Shown here: one piece after another, positions 1 through 12,625 of the stretch
Numbering within the stretch: the first letter of the stretch is position 1
Layout of the letters: the number at the start of each line of letters is the position of its first letter
NCBI RefSeq assembly: GCF_902713615.1
Contig: NC_052147.1
Coordinates: forward strand, 182,182,267 to 182,246,266
Length of the DNA: 64,000 nt
Origin: Scyliorhinus canicula
Lineage: Eukaryota
Direction of reading: 5' to 3'
Program-made: the position numbers and the translations under genes
The notes under the pieces: model-generated
What the model was told of the DNA's origin: nothing
Databases searched by the model: none
What the model saw: only the letters and a program-made list of their open reading frames with translations

Positions 1-1459
1 CCAACTGCAAGCAGCAGCACACTGTTCTCAATAAGCCACTCCATCCTTGCCATTGCCTTCACCCATATAGATTTGCTACTTATTCTGCAAGCATCGTACC
101 GTTAATCAGGTCCCGACAACAAGACCATCCACTTCACACGAATAAAGTGAACAAAGCTATTTAATCACACCCGAACATTGATGCAATCTAAAGTTTGAAC
201 AGCTGTCAACGCTTGTTCACCTACATCCTCTTATTTTATGCTCACTGTTACAACAACGTGATGTGACATTGACACCTGTAACTGAGGTGGATGGAGGCTA
301 CATTCTTTGGTTGGCCGAGACCCAAGGGATCCCGGCATGCTGAGTGGCTCCTGCACAGGTGCAGGTGCATCTTTATTTGGCGTGGGATCACTGGCTGAGG
401 AGCAACTGCTCACTTTTGGAGGGTCCCCAAAAGAGGCAGGCTGACTTTTCTCCTCCCTCTTGTTCAGAAATGGCACCTCCTGGACCAATGGAGGAACAGG
501 GGCACCTGGAGACAAATCCCTGCATCTCATTCTCCCTCTTGCTGTGTACAGTCCATGGTCAGAGTGATGGCTTGCAGGCCACATAATCGGCAGCCACTGA
601 ATAGTTGCTGAACCTGGACTCTCCATGGCAGTCACCAACCAAGGAGGTAGCCAAGCACGTGTCCACCTGAGACATGTCAGAACCCGTGACCCAGATGAGC
701 TCCGCCATCACCCAGCCTGTCTAAAGAGTACCTCTGGCAGCTCTGCCAGATGTTCCCCTTCCTGTCGCTGCATCTACAGCAAGTTCAGTCTGGCTGTCAT
801 GAGAGGCATGTCATCAGCCTGTGGTTCAGCATAGGCCTGGTCTCTAAATGTCCTCAAACTGCCAAGTCCCTCAGTTGACACTGCCTCCATTAACTACTGT
901 AAAATGTCTGTGTGCTGAGCAGATTTGTGACCTGAATTTTGACCACAGTCGCATACCTACTGAGGTGATGGCATCTGCATGGTAGAGGGTGCAACTTAAA
1001 GATGTGACAGTACACCATCAGGCTTCGACACTCCTCCTTAGATGTCATTTGCAGGATCACAGATGATGGAGCTGGAAGGACCTGTGTGAGAGCACAAAGA
1101 ATTGTGTTCACAACACAATCCTCCTTCTCATCTCTCCAGTGCTTGACTCTTTCTGCTCAGTGGTAGACACCAAGTTCAAGCCTCCTCACTCTTCCCTGCA
1201 CCTCTGATTCACAAGTGCCTGGCTGCCCTACACTCCAGCCAATTGCGCCATCTCTTTACAGATGTAAATGTCTCAATGTATGCATTGCTCCACCCCTTTT
1301 TGCACATAATTTGGTATTATGTGCCATTTTTCCCAGCAGACAGAAGGTTAAAATGAGCCTCCACTCAATGGACAACTGACTTGCTCATCAGAATATAGTT
1401 GTTTGACAGGTAATAGGCCTCCTGAATAACTCATCCACACTTCCAATCTAATGCACTTT

Positions 1460-2216
1460 GATTTGGATTAGTTTTATTCTCAAGTGTACCAAGGTACAGT
1501 GAAAAGTATTGTTCTGCGTACAGTCCAGACAGATCATTCCATACATGAGAAAAAAAAACACAGTACATCATAAATACACAATGTAAATACATAGACAGGC
1601 ATCGGGGTAAAGTATACGGAGTGCAGCACTTTTTAAAAAATTTAGTGTACCCAATTCATTTTTTCCAATTAAGAGGCAATTTAGCATGGCCAATCCACCT
1701 AGCCTGCACATCTTTGAGTTGTGGGGGGAAACCCACACAAACACAGGGAGAATGTGCATCGAACCTGGGACCTCATCGAACGGGGATCGAACCTGGGACC
1801 TCAGCGCCGTGAGGCAGCAATGCTACCCACTGCGCCACCGTGCTGCCCTCAGTACTACTCAGTAGAGAGTGTGAAGAGTCCATAGAGGTTCATTCAGGAG
1901 TCTGTAAACAGTGGGGAAGAAGTTTTTGAACCTGTTAGTGCGTGTTCTTAGACTTTTGTATCTCCTGCCAGATGGAAGAAGTTGGAAGAGTGAGTAACCC
2001 AGGTGGGAGGGGTCTTTGATTATGCTGCCCGCTTTCCCAAGGCAGCGGGATGTGTAGACAGTGACAATGGATGGGAGGTGGGTTCACATGATGGACTGGG
2101 CTGTGTTCACAACTCTCTGTAGTTTCTTACCGTCTTGGGCTAAGCAGTTGCCATACCAGGCTGCGATGCAGCCAGATAGGATGCTTTCTATGGTGCATCT
2201 GTAAACATTGGTGAGC
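1460..2216 (-). mobile_element. Rex1/Babar-like LINE 3' end, interrupted by a SINE
   Basis: - strand encodes FYRCTIESILSGCIAAWYGNC and HLLPSGRRYKS-like RT C-terminal sequence; tail near 1460-1510. Confidence 0.7.
1630..1848 (-). mobile_element. HE1/V-SINE-type tRNA-derived SINE, short A-rich tail
   Basis: GGGCAGCACGGTGGCGCAGTGG head, GGTTCGATCCC B box. Confidence 0.85.
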
Positions 2217-3565
2217 AGCATTTGTACTACGATGGAAGAATAAGCCTGCTAATTTTGGCCCACAGGCATTCAAACATTGGGATGCATCTGCTCCTGCGCC
2301 TTGCCCTTCGTTTGCCCACTTACCTAAGTCCCTCCCCACACTGCAACACATTGCTTCTTTCCCTTTTGGGAGCAACACTGTTCTAACAACAATGACATAT
2401 TCACGCTGGAAGAGTTGCTGACCCTATTGATGTGCCTGTGGACCCTACAGCAGCTAGCCTCTGCTGCAAACTCCATCCAGGCCTCCTTGTTCAAGCACGA
2501 GAATCTCCAAACATGCCATCACCTGGCAGGATTGGAGGTCTAGGTGCCATTTTTAAGTAGCACCCAGACATGCCTGCAGTATCTACAAGCCAGCAGCAAT
2601 GGTGTTTAAGAGTTTGATAGGAACCACAGGATCATCACCCTGAGCCCCAGATTCAGCCACATGGTTTAGTGTAGATAATGCATGGCCCCATGGTTCAGCG
2701 ATGTCGCCCTGCACGTCCTCCGCTCAGTTACCCAGGAACAGTGGGAGGTGCTCTTTCCCATTGATGTAATTCCAGCCTGCATGATGTTACCACTGCGAGT
2801 GCCCCTTCCTGGGCCACCATTGGGACACTTGTTGGGATGACTAAATTCCGTCCACAGAACATTCTCTCTGACTCTTCAAAGTTCTCATATGGCCCATTGC
2901 TAATGAACAGCAGCAAAATCAAGTGAACAATTTGTAAGATCTGCCTTTGCAGGTTCCGTTGAAGTGACAACTGTACATAAAAATTGAATTTTTTATTTGT
3001 TTAACATCCCAGTCAAATATTTTGATACTGCAACTAAATTTCCTATGTTTAGAAAGTAATAAAAAAATTTAAATCTTATGTTCCATTTTGAAATTCCCTT
3101 TGCAAGTACATGTTTGCATTCTTTGTGATTAAATAAAATGGTGTGTTGTGACATTGCAATAAGAAAACACGCAAAACATTTTGTTTGCTCAACAGTGAAA
3201 GCTATATTAGAAGCTCTGCGCCACTAGATCTGAATCCTAATACTGGAACTCTGAATTATTTCTGTGAATTTTTAGCCAGGATCCTGGGCAAAACTTATTT
3301 TGGGAAAAATGGGTGAAGGATGTACAACCTATTTTCTTACATATTAGCCAGCACCAGAATTGCACATTATCACTGATGTGAACTTTAGAGGAGGATAGAG
3401 CTACAGTGTGTCAGAGGGAATGTTCATAACAAGATTGCAAGAGGATAAGGAGGTAATTTAATGGAAGAAACCATCAAATACATTCTGTTCCTGTACATTA
3501 CAGTCGATGTTTACTGAGCAAAAGGGTCATGCTTCTCGCCGTTAAAAATGCTTTTTTTAATACAG

Positions 3566-3727
3566 GAAATTGATTAAAAAGCCACATGTTCGCTTCCTTA
3601 CTGAAGATGAGTACAAGGAACAAACTGATATGGCAACTATGAAGTCTCTTGAGGAACTGCGCAGATACTGCAAGAGTCAGGATTTTCCGACATGGGAAAT
3701 AGTCTCAAAAGTCAGTTCTCCAAAGAA
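3566..3727 (+). CDS. NEMP2: NEMP2 (TMEM194B) penultimate coding exon
   Basis: tacag|G...AAG AA|gtaggt; encodes KLIKKPHVRFLTEDEYKEQTDMATMKSLEELRRYCKSQDFPTWEIVSKVSSPK, the NEMP C-terminal LTEDEY/LEELR region. NEMP2 lies tail-to-tail with MFSD6 in other vertebrates. Confidence 0.92.
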
Positions 3728-5958
3728 GTAGGTAGTACCATATCACTGTTCCTGTATAAACTAATCCGTTTCCTTAGTTATCCATTTTAATCTACAGTCA
3801 GATGGGTATTCACTTGCACAGGTCGTTGCTAAAATTGTAAAGGGAGCTCCCTGCTGATTAATGAGTGAATAGCTAATCTATACAGACTAATAAACCTCAA
3901 GTTTGATTTTGGATGTATGCTGCTTAAATAAGCTACAGGCATGCTCGAATGGGCTTCAGTACACCTTTGTGGGGGAAGGGGCTATCAGGAAAGGAATGTT
4001 GGGAAGGATTCTCGTTCCCTGTTACTATCCAGTGATGGGGGGAAGGGTGTGTGTGACAGTCAGCTGACAAACAGCTTGTCATGACACGTCACATGCATAT
4101 CCAAAATGTTTTTTAAAATATGGTCCGTTTCTGCCTCTACCATAGGCAGCAAGTTTGCGACCTGCACCACCCTCTGATGGAAAAGTACTCCACAACTCCC
4201 CTCTAATGCTTCTGCCATTTACTTTAAAGATATGCCCTCTGGTTATTAATCTCTCTGAGAGACAGTTCAGAGAAGGTTCACTAGATTGATTCCAGGGATG
4301 AATTACTTGTCTTATGAAGCGACATTGGGCAGTTTAGGTCTATACACCCTGGAGTTTGGAAGAATGAGAGGAGATATATAAGGTATATAAGATGCTAAAG
4401 GTGATTGACAGGGTTGACTAGGAGTGGATGTTTTCCCTTGTTGAGAAATGTGTCCTTCCTTAATGTGCACCATCTAGATACCTCATAAAATTATACGTCT
4501 CAATTGAATCTCCCCTCAGCCTCCACAAGTTCCAAAGATAACAGTCTATTGAATTTTTCTCTTAACTAAAATTCTCCAATGCTGGCAATATCCTTGCAAA
4601 TTGTTTCCGTGCTCTCTCTTTGTATGATCACATTCTTCCTGGAATGCAGTGTCCAGCAGTACTCTAACTGTGGTCGAACATAAGACCAAGGAGCAAGAGG
4701 AGCCAATTCAGCCCTTCAAGCCTGATCTGCCATTCAATGCAATCATGGAGGACCTCATCTCAGCCTCATCTCCACCTTCCTACCTGCTCCCCATAACCTT
4801 TCATCCCGGTACTAATTAAAAACCTATCTTATCTTCTCCTTAAAGTTCTGGTGTTCACTGAACTCTTGGGTGGGGAATTCTACAGATTCAAAAACCATTG
4901 AGTGAAGTAATTCCTCATTTCTGTTTAAAACCTGCCACCCCTTCACCTAAAACTATGACCTCTCATTCTAGAATGTCCAACAAGAGGAAACAAGTCTACC
5001 CTGTCAATTCCTTTATGATCTTAGATACCTCAATTAGATCTGCTCTCATTCTTCTAAACTCCAGGGTGCATAGACTTAAATTGCCCAATATCTCTTCTTA
5101 AGACAAGTCTTTCATCCCTGGAATCAATCTAATGAACATTCTCTGAACCGCTTCTAATGCATTTACATCCTCCCTCAAGTAAGGGGGCCAAAACTGTGCA
5201 CAGTACTCCATATGCGGTCTTACCAATGCACTATACAGTTGCAACAGTACTTCCCTACTTTTATATTCTAATCCATTTGCCTTCCTTTATTACCTCCTGC
5301 ACCTACATACTGACTTTCTGTGATTTGTATACGAGGACATCCAGAACCCTCTTTATCCAAGCATCTAACTCGTGCTTTTTACAGTTGTAGCATAATCTCC
5401 TGTTCTAACCCTGTGCCAATGCACAACAGAATCTCATGTGCATTCTTAACCACCTTATCTTCAGGAATATGTAGACACACATTTTAAGGGTCTCAGATTC
5501 CTACCATTTATTGTGCATTCCCTTGTCATCACTTGTTTGTTTTTCCCAAATGAATGACTTCCTTACCCTGGATTGAATTTCAGTTGCCACTTTATAGCCC
5601 ATCTGACCAGCCTTTCCATACCTTTCCTGCAATCTACAGCTTTCCTTCTCACTATCGATCACCTAGTCAATTTTTGTATTATCTGCAAAATTTTTAATCA
5701 TACCCACTACATTGATACATGCCACGGATAGGAAGAGACCCAATACTGAATCCTGCAAAACTGCCTGTCAGTCACAAAAGCAACCATTGACTAAAATCTT
5801 TGCTTCCTGCCTCAAGTTAATTTTGGGATCCAACATACCATTTTCCCTTGAATCCCAAGAGCTTTTAATTTTCTGATCAGTCTATCATGTGGGATCTTGT
5901 CAAAAGCCTTGCTAAATTCTATGTAGACGACATCAAGTAACTGTTTCTAATCCACTTT

Positions 5959-6222
5959 AAAAAAAAATAATTTTTATTCAAGTTTTTCAACAACAAATTT
6001 TCTCCCCACAGTTAAAGTAGACAAGGTGTGGTTCTACACCGAAACAAGAAAAGAACCCCCCCCCAAACAGAATAATAAATAATAACAAACAACAATACAA
6101 GAAAGAAGAAAATAACAAGCGCACCGTCGCAAAAACAAGCCCCCTTAACCAGCCCCGAACCCCCCCCCCCAGGTTGCTGCTGAGACTGACCACCCTCTGC
6201 CCCTTCGCCAGGAAATCAAGTG
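5959..6222 (-). mobile_element. 5'-truncated L1 3' end with 11-bp TSD
   Basis: Similar to the L1 3' ends at 18400 and 60420; TAATCCACTTT at 5948-5958 and 6223-6233. Confidence 0.8.
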
Positions 6223-6664
6223 TAATCCACTTTTACCAAATCAAATTTCCGGTTAGAAATATTGACCGTTCCCCCAATTTAAAACTTTTACTCTTGGTCT
6301 ATCTTTATCATTTTCCATAACAATTTTATAATTTAATTGAATTATGATCACTGCTGAAAAATACTCTAATGATACCCCTCCCACCTGCCTAATATTCATT
6401 CTCTAAAACAAAGTCCAGAACTGACCCTTTTTTTGTTGGGCCTTGTTACATTCGGGCTAAAAAAAAGTTCTCGGGAATATATTTAAGAATTCTGTACTCT
6501 CTATACCTTTCACACTGACATTATCAGTTAATATTAAGAAGCTCATAATCCCACCCTATTGTGACTGCCCTTTTGTTTCTGTACTTCTCAGCAATCTATT
6601 GACATATTTGCCCTTCTAATTCCACATGATTGTTTTAGGGTCTATCGTATATTTCCAGAAGTTT

Positions 6665-7005
6665 CATAGAATAGAACAGTACAGCACAGAACAGGCCCTT
6701 CAGCCCTCGATGTTGTGCAGAGCAATGATCACCCTACTCAAACCCACATATCCACCCTATACCCGTAACCCAACAACCCCCCCTTAACCTTACTTTTTAG
6801 GACACTACGGGCAATTTAGCACGGCCAATCTACCTAACCCGCACATCTTTGGACTGTGGGAGGAAACCGGAGCACCCGGAGGAAACCCACGCACACACGG
6901 GGAGGACGTGCAGACTCCACACAGACAGTGACCCAGCCGGGAATCGAACCTGGGACCCTGGAGCTGTGAAGCATTTATGCTAACCACCATGCTACCGTGC
7001 TGCCC
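6665..7005 (-). mobile_element. HE1/V-SINE-type SINE, CR1-type tail B
   Basis: A/B boxes, GGGTTTCCTCCGGGTGCTCCGGTTTCCTCCCACAGTCC core, tail GGCCTGTTCTGTGCTGTACTGTTCTA. Confidence 0.9.
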
Positions 7006-8714
7006 TCTGTTTCCCTGCTGTTTGACCTTTCACATCTTTTGTTCTCTCTGGGGACTGCCATTAGCACTCTTTCCCCTTGGTATCTGTGGCTAAAAGTGAT
7101 CACTGCTTTCTTGTTTCTCAGTTCAACCCAAATAGTTTCATTTGATGCTCCTTTTAACTTATCCTCCCTCCTTGCAGCTGTGATTGTTTCTTGAACCAAT
7201 ACTGTGACCACCCCCACCCCTAATTTTTAGATTTCCCTCTATTCCATCTTTGCAACCAGGAGCATTGAGCTGCCATTCTCACCCTTCTTTAAGCCACATT
7301 TTAGTAGTGGTTATGATATTATACTTCCAAGTGTCTATCTGTGTCCTCCGTTCATCTGCCTTATTCAGCAGACTCCTTGCACTACAGTATATAACAAACA
7401 TCACCAAACAACTTTATTATTATTTTCCAACCTTTGTCCTCTCGACTTTCTCTGCTTGCTTAATATTTTGCCTTCTATTATCCAGTTTTGTATCGCTTCT
7501 GAATCTATGCTCAGGTTCCCAGCCCCTGCCAAACTATTTCAAACCCTCCCCAACAGCACTGACAGATGTCCCCACCAAGATATTGGTCCCGGATTTGTTG
7601 AGGTACAATATGTCCAATTTGTGCAGGTCCCACCTTCCCCAAAATTTGATCCAAGGAAAGTCCTGCACCATCTTTCCGGCCATGCATTCAGCAGCACTAA
7701 CTTCCTATTTCTATAATTGCTAGCATGTGACGCTGGAAGCAATCCAGAGATTGCTACTTTTGAGGCATCTACTGGAGACAGATTGGGCTTGATTGTGATG
7801 GCCCATGTTTCTCAATAGTTTGTCAGCTTTCATTGGGGCTCATACTTGAAGGATGGGCACATACATGGCTGAGATACCAAAGGGTGTTTGGTACAGTTGA
7901 AATGAGCTCTCCATGCAGCTGATGTATTCAGCACAAGAGGGACAAGATAAACAAGATAAAAAATAACGTGGTGTTAAAAGGGAGCGAGTGCTATGTTCTT
8001 TTGGATGATTATTAAACTGGAGTTTTGTCCGTTCAAGTGGCTGTAAAAGGTTTCATGGCATTCTGCCAAAGAAAAGCATTGCATTCTTCTGGTCAGCATT
8101 TATATCTCAGCCGAAAGTACAAAAAACAGACCAACTGGTCATTCATGTAATTTGAGTATGTAAGAAGCTAACTGTGTACACATTTACCTACAAAGATATG
8201 GCGACACATCAAAACTATTTGTTTACCTGTGAAACACTGAGTTATGCTGATGACAAAAGCAGGAGTTTTCATAGTAAATGCAAATTCTTTTATTATAGTT
8301 TCTGAAAGGATTTTAAACTTGAGGATGTAATTTTGTATAACTGGTAGCAATCCTTTAAGATGATTTATTGTTCTGGTAATACTTGCACATTCAGAGCAGC
8401 CAGATATTTGCCGAGGCATGCACATTTGCTATTCTTTGCCCCGGACATGGGCATCAGATTCACTGTAAGGCATGAATTTGAATGCAACTCACAGTTCTGT
8501 TCTAATAGTTATCCATTTATTTGAAACTTAAAGATAATTACAGTATCTAGAACAAAGAACAAAGAAAAATTACAGCACAGGAACAGGCCCTTCAGCCCTC
8601 CAAGCCTGCGCCGATCCAGATCCTCTATCTAAAATGTGTCATTTCTGTGTGAATGGAACACATTGTTTTCAATGACAAAATAATTGGTAAAAAGCAAAAT
8701 TGTTATGTATGTTT

Positions 8715-9061
8715 CATAGAATTTACAGTGCAGAAGGAGGCCATTCGGCCCATCGAGTCTGCACCAGCTCTTGGAAAGAGCACCCTACCCAAGGTCAACA
8801 CCCCCACCCTATCCCCATAACCCAGTAACCCCACCCAACACTAAGGGCAATTTTGGACACTAAGGACAATTTATCATGGCCAATCCACCTAACCAGCACA
8901 TCTTTGGACTGTGGGAGGAAACCGGAGCACCAGGAGGAAACCCACGCACACACGGGGAGGATGTGCAGACTCCGCACAGACAGTGACCCAAGCCGGAATC
9001 GAACCTGGGACCCTGGAGCTGTGAAGCGATTATGCTATCCACAATGCTACCGTGCTGCCCC
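8715..9061 (-). mobile_element. HE1/V-SINE-type SINE, CR1-type tail A
   Basis: Same head and core; tail GGGCCGAATGGCCTCCTTCTGCACTGTAAATTCTATG. Confidence 0.9.
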
Positions 9062-9419
9062 TGCATGTTGATGATTGGTACAAAAAATGAGATAAATCAT
9101 GCAAAATATTGCATGTTATTTTTGTTTATTTTTGTAATTTCAGGCCGCCTTTCTCTTGCCTCTCGCCTCTGGTAAAATCAATCCATAGGGAAGGGCCATT
9201 TCTGCCACAAAATTCACCACATCAATTACTAGTATTGATCTATAGTTCACTGGGGATTTGGAGGAACCAGATAGCTGTTATCGTCTTTGCTACCGTTGCC
9301 TACAGAAGTAGTACAGAGTGAAAGCTGAGCTTAAATTTACGGCCCTCAAATTCTAATTTGCAGTAATCTGCTATGTATCTGATCAGTTAATCTGTTAATC
9401 TTCTCATTCAAATTTGCAG

Positions 9420-9615
9420 ACTTGCAGACTTCATCCTAGGAGCAAATCATCTTACACAAGAGGAAGTGCAGAACCACGATCAACAATATGGAATTGGAGG
9501 TTCCTTTTTGGAAGCTCAACTCTTCATCCCAGAGGAGAATAATGGTTTAGTCTTGGAGAATGGTGAAGTGATGGCTGCAGGTGAAGAACATGAAGTTTAT
9601 GCAATAATGAATTAA
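9420..9615 (+). CDS. NEMP2: NEMP2 terminal coding exon
   Basis: ttgcag|A acceptor, phase 2 matches the previous exon; encodes LADFILGANHLTQEEVQNHDQQYGIGGSFLEAQLF...YAIMN* (NEMP2-like FADFVLGGSHL...QYGLGGAFLEEQLF); TAA at 9613-9615. Confidence 0.92.
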
Positions 9616-12173
9616 TCTTGCCTCACTCACATCTCGCTGCATATTCTGAGCTGTTGTTATGAATAGGAACTGACTAACGTGACAAAATACAGTGCCAGAA
9701 ATGCCTGAGTACTGTGTTGCTGACCGGTTATCTCTGATGCACAAAAGGAGACCAAGGATCTATTGAATTGTGCTGCATAATGTATGCATCAGACACTTTG
9801 ACTTTTGACTTTTTTAAAGCAAAGTTTGCACTACATGAATATAATGCTAGTGAGTAATTTTTAGTTGATGACTTGTCCAGTGATTAGAAGAACAAAAATT
9901 CTAGCGCTGTTCCCAGGTTTAGGTTTAGCAATTTTTGTAAGCTTTAGTACCGAGATTTTTGTTCCTATTCCTGATTAAGTAGTTCATTGTGATTTGTGAG
10001 TCTATGATAAAGTAGCTAAAGAAGTAAGAAACCTAGATCTCAGTCCAGCCACATTCTGGAGTAGTGACCTATTCTTTAGATGGTTTGCTGAAAGGAATAG
10101 ATGAATGTTAACATGAAAAATCTGATTCAGGGCAATTTAATCTTTGACGGCACTACAATTGATTATTGAAAGACTTTCAGTTGCAGCTGAGACAAAATGA
10201 GGCCATCTACATCACAAGCACAAAGACGACCATCTTTAATATAGATGGCTGCAGACTTAAGTCTCAGACATTGTAGTCTTTTTACAATGCCCAGTTGGCT
10301 TCCTTCCATTTAATGAGAACTTTGTCTTTTTAATCTTGGAAAATGAGGAAACAAGGAAAACTAGGCATTTGATGTTGATATTGCCAACCCCCAGCCAGTT
10401 AATTGCAGGGCTGTATTGATGGGTTGGTTATAATCAGCAGTTCAGACCATCCTGTCCTCCGTTTGTGTAGCAAGCAGCTCCACATGACAAATCTCGAAGG
10501 CAAGTATTGTGGAACTGAGGTGGAAACTGCAGGTTAGGTTAATTGCGATATTTATGGGAACGCGACGTTGTAATATAAATATTGTTTCTTTGTCCAGGAT
10601 AGACATTTTTTAAATTGCGAAAACAAAGCAGATTAGATTAATATGTGAGATAATTATTGTATTTAAACATACAGCATTAATCATGTAACTGATTTCAGTG
10701 CGCACATTTTAGTGAAGTAGATTTCAATTGAGCAGTATAATGTTACTGTGTTTAATTCTATGTCCAACTCAGGTTTGTAAAAAGGTCTGTTTTTATGAAG
10801 ATTTATAAGAAAATCAATTTGAGATGGGACTTGGTCTAGGTCACAGTGCTCTGAATAAAATTGTACTAAACAGGGCATTTTACGAGTCTTAAATCAGGAT
10901 TATATTCTTTAAATGTACTTTCTTGTAGGCAGAGCTAACTTACTTTCCCATTTTTGATCCTCCCCCTGTGGACAGGCACCTTGTCTTATGTTGACTGGAT
11001 GTCTGCAGTGGAGAATTGTGCATAGAAAACTATTTTATGATTGTGCGCATTTAAGCATGTTTGAACTTTTCTTTTTGGTGGGAAGGGTGGAAACTAGCAA
11101 AAAAAATAATCTTGTACTTTTTGATCAGGAATTCCTCAAGAAATCAGCTTAAACTCAAATGCAAAGTTAAAAGTGGAAATTGCAGTCCATTTGGGGCAGA
11201 TGCTCTGCTGACAATTGGCCCATTTTATTCCCTCTTTGGGAAGTTCACCTTCCACCTGATTTTTCATCCTGTAAAATAAAAGCTCATGATTGCATTCCTA
11301 AATATAGGTTATTATTACCTAAATGTAAACCATTTGAAAGTCATTTCATGAGTAAGTTGATACATATGGGAGAAACAAATATTTGAGTCACTGTTGGGTT
11401 CCTTCAAGCACATTTTAAGTTTAGATTTTAATCAGCTGTCTCCATCCTTAGAATCTAAGGATTTCACTCCCAATTGATATACTGTTTATTAAAAAAAACC
11501 ACAATTGTTTTTCATATTTCAAACTAAGACTACAGTTAGTCGATCTAGTGATGTTAACTGACCTGAAAAGATTGACATAGTTTGTGAGAAGAGTTTATTT
11601 TCAATTGTACTACATGCTTCATAAGTATCTGATTTTGAAGAATGTACAGTAATGATTATGCCGGTTCAATTAATGTGAGGCTGTTAGAGAATGCAATTTT
11701 AATGATATAACTTGCTCTGGTAATATTAAGTGATTACATGTATAAGTTTCTTCCTGTCAACCAAAAAATGATTGAACGTATTGGCGAGAACCATTTCTCA
11801 GGGTAGATGAAATGGTAGCCTGTGTTTCTTCCAAGTGGCTAAGAACGGTTAAAGTGCAAGCTCTGGAGTGAGCAAGATGAGCAGGCATTCTTGTGAAAAG
11901 TTTTATAGGTAACAGCTCCCTCCTATGGAGGGACTCAAAATTACTACCTTAACAGCATTTCCCGTCGATTTCAATGAACTGGACAACTGGAGGATTTTAA
12001 AAATGCAACCATTTATCAATGCAATCTTAGTAGTTTCATCCTGAGTTAATTAGGTGATTAGGCTAGGCTTTTGGTTTTCTCTAAGATTGATGTTTTCTAG
12101 TTCCTTGTATGTATATTCAGTAAAAATTGACAAGTTTATTTGAATTGCTGAGTAAAATGCGATCAAAAATCCA

Positions 12174-12185
12174 TTTATTAATAAA
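12174..12185. terminator. Candidate bidirectional poly(A) signal TTTATTAATAAA between the NEMP2 and MFSD6 3' UTRs
   Basis: Perfect 12-bp palindrome giving AATAAA on both strands, roughly midway between the two stop codons. Confidence 0.4.
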
Positions 12186-12346
12186 ATTGTCATAGATTTA
12201 ACATACAAGCAGTTCTTTCAGCACTAACATAATCACATAATATAATTTAACATTGTTTACATCTCCACTGAAACAGATCTAAAAATTTTAATGCCCAAGA
12301 GCCCACTACAAAATCAATATATTTTGTACATTGCGTTCTTAATTTC

Positions 12347-12625
12347 ATAGAATCCCTACAGTGTAGAAGGAGGCCATTCAGCCCATCAAGTCTGCACTGA
12401 CCTTTCAAAAGACCATCCTATCTAGGCCAATCCTGCCCTGTTTCTGCAACCCAACCCCAAGGGGCAATTTATCATGGCCAATCCACCTAACCTGCACATC
12501 TCTGGACTGCAGGAGGAAACCGGAGCACCCAGAGGAAACCCACGCAGACAAAGGAATCTGAAGTGAACCCGGGTCCCGAGCAATGGTGAGGCAGCAATGC
12601 TAACCACTGCCACCATGCCACCCCG
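12347..12625 (-). mobile_element. HE1/V-SINE-type SINE (diverged)
   Basis: Core and tail A recognisable. Confidence 0.8.

Larger units (their letters stand above)
1..2900 (-). mobile_element. Highly decayed Harbinger-like remnant (interrupted)
   Basis: Myb-like KEAWMEFAAEAS on - near 2450-2490 plus low-complexity coding-like sequence; weak. Confidence 0.35.
4255..7760. mobile_element. Cluster of old CR1 fragments (3' ends at about 4255-4440 + and 4680-5350 -; ORF1/ORF2 junction at about 7060-7760 -)
   Basis: Degenerate QRRFTRLIPG/LGLYSLE, IWVELRNKK and YLHKLDILYLN-like segments homologous to the intact CR1 at 32-36 kb. Confidence 0.7.
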
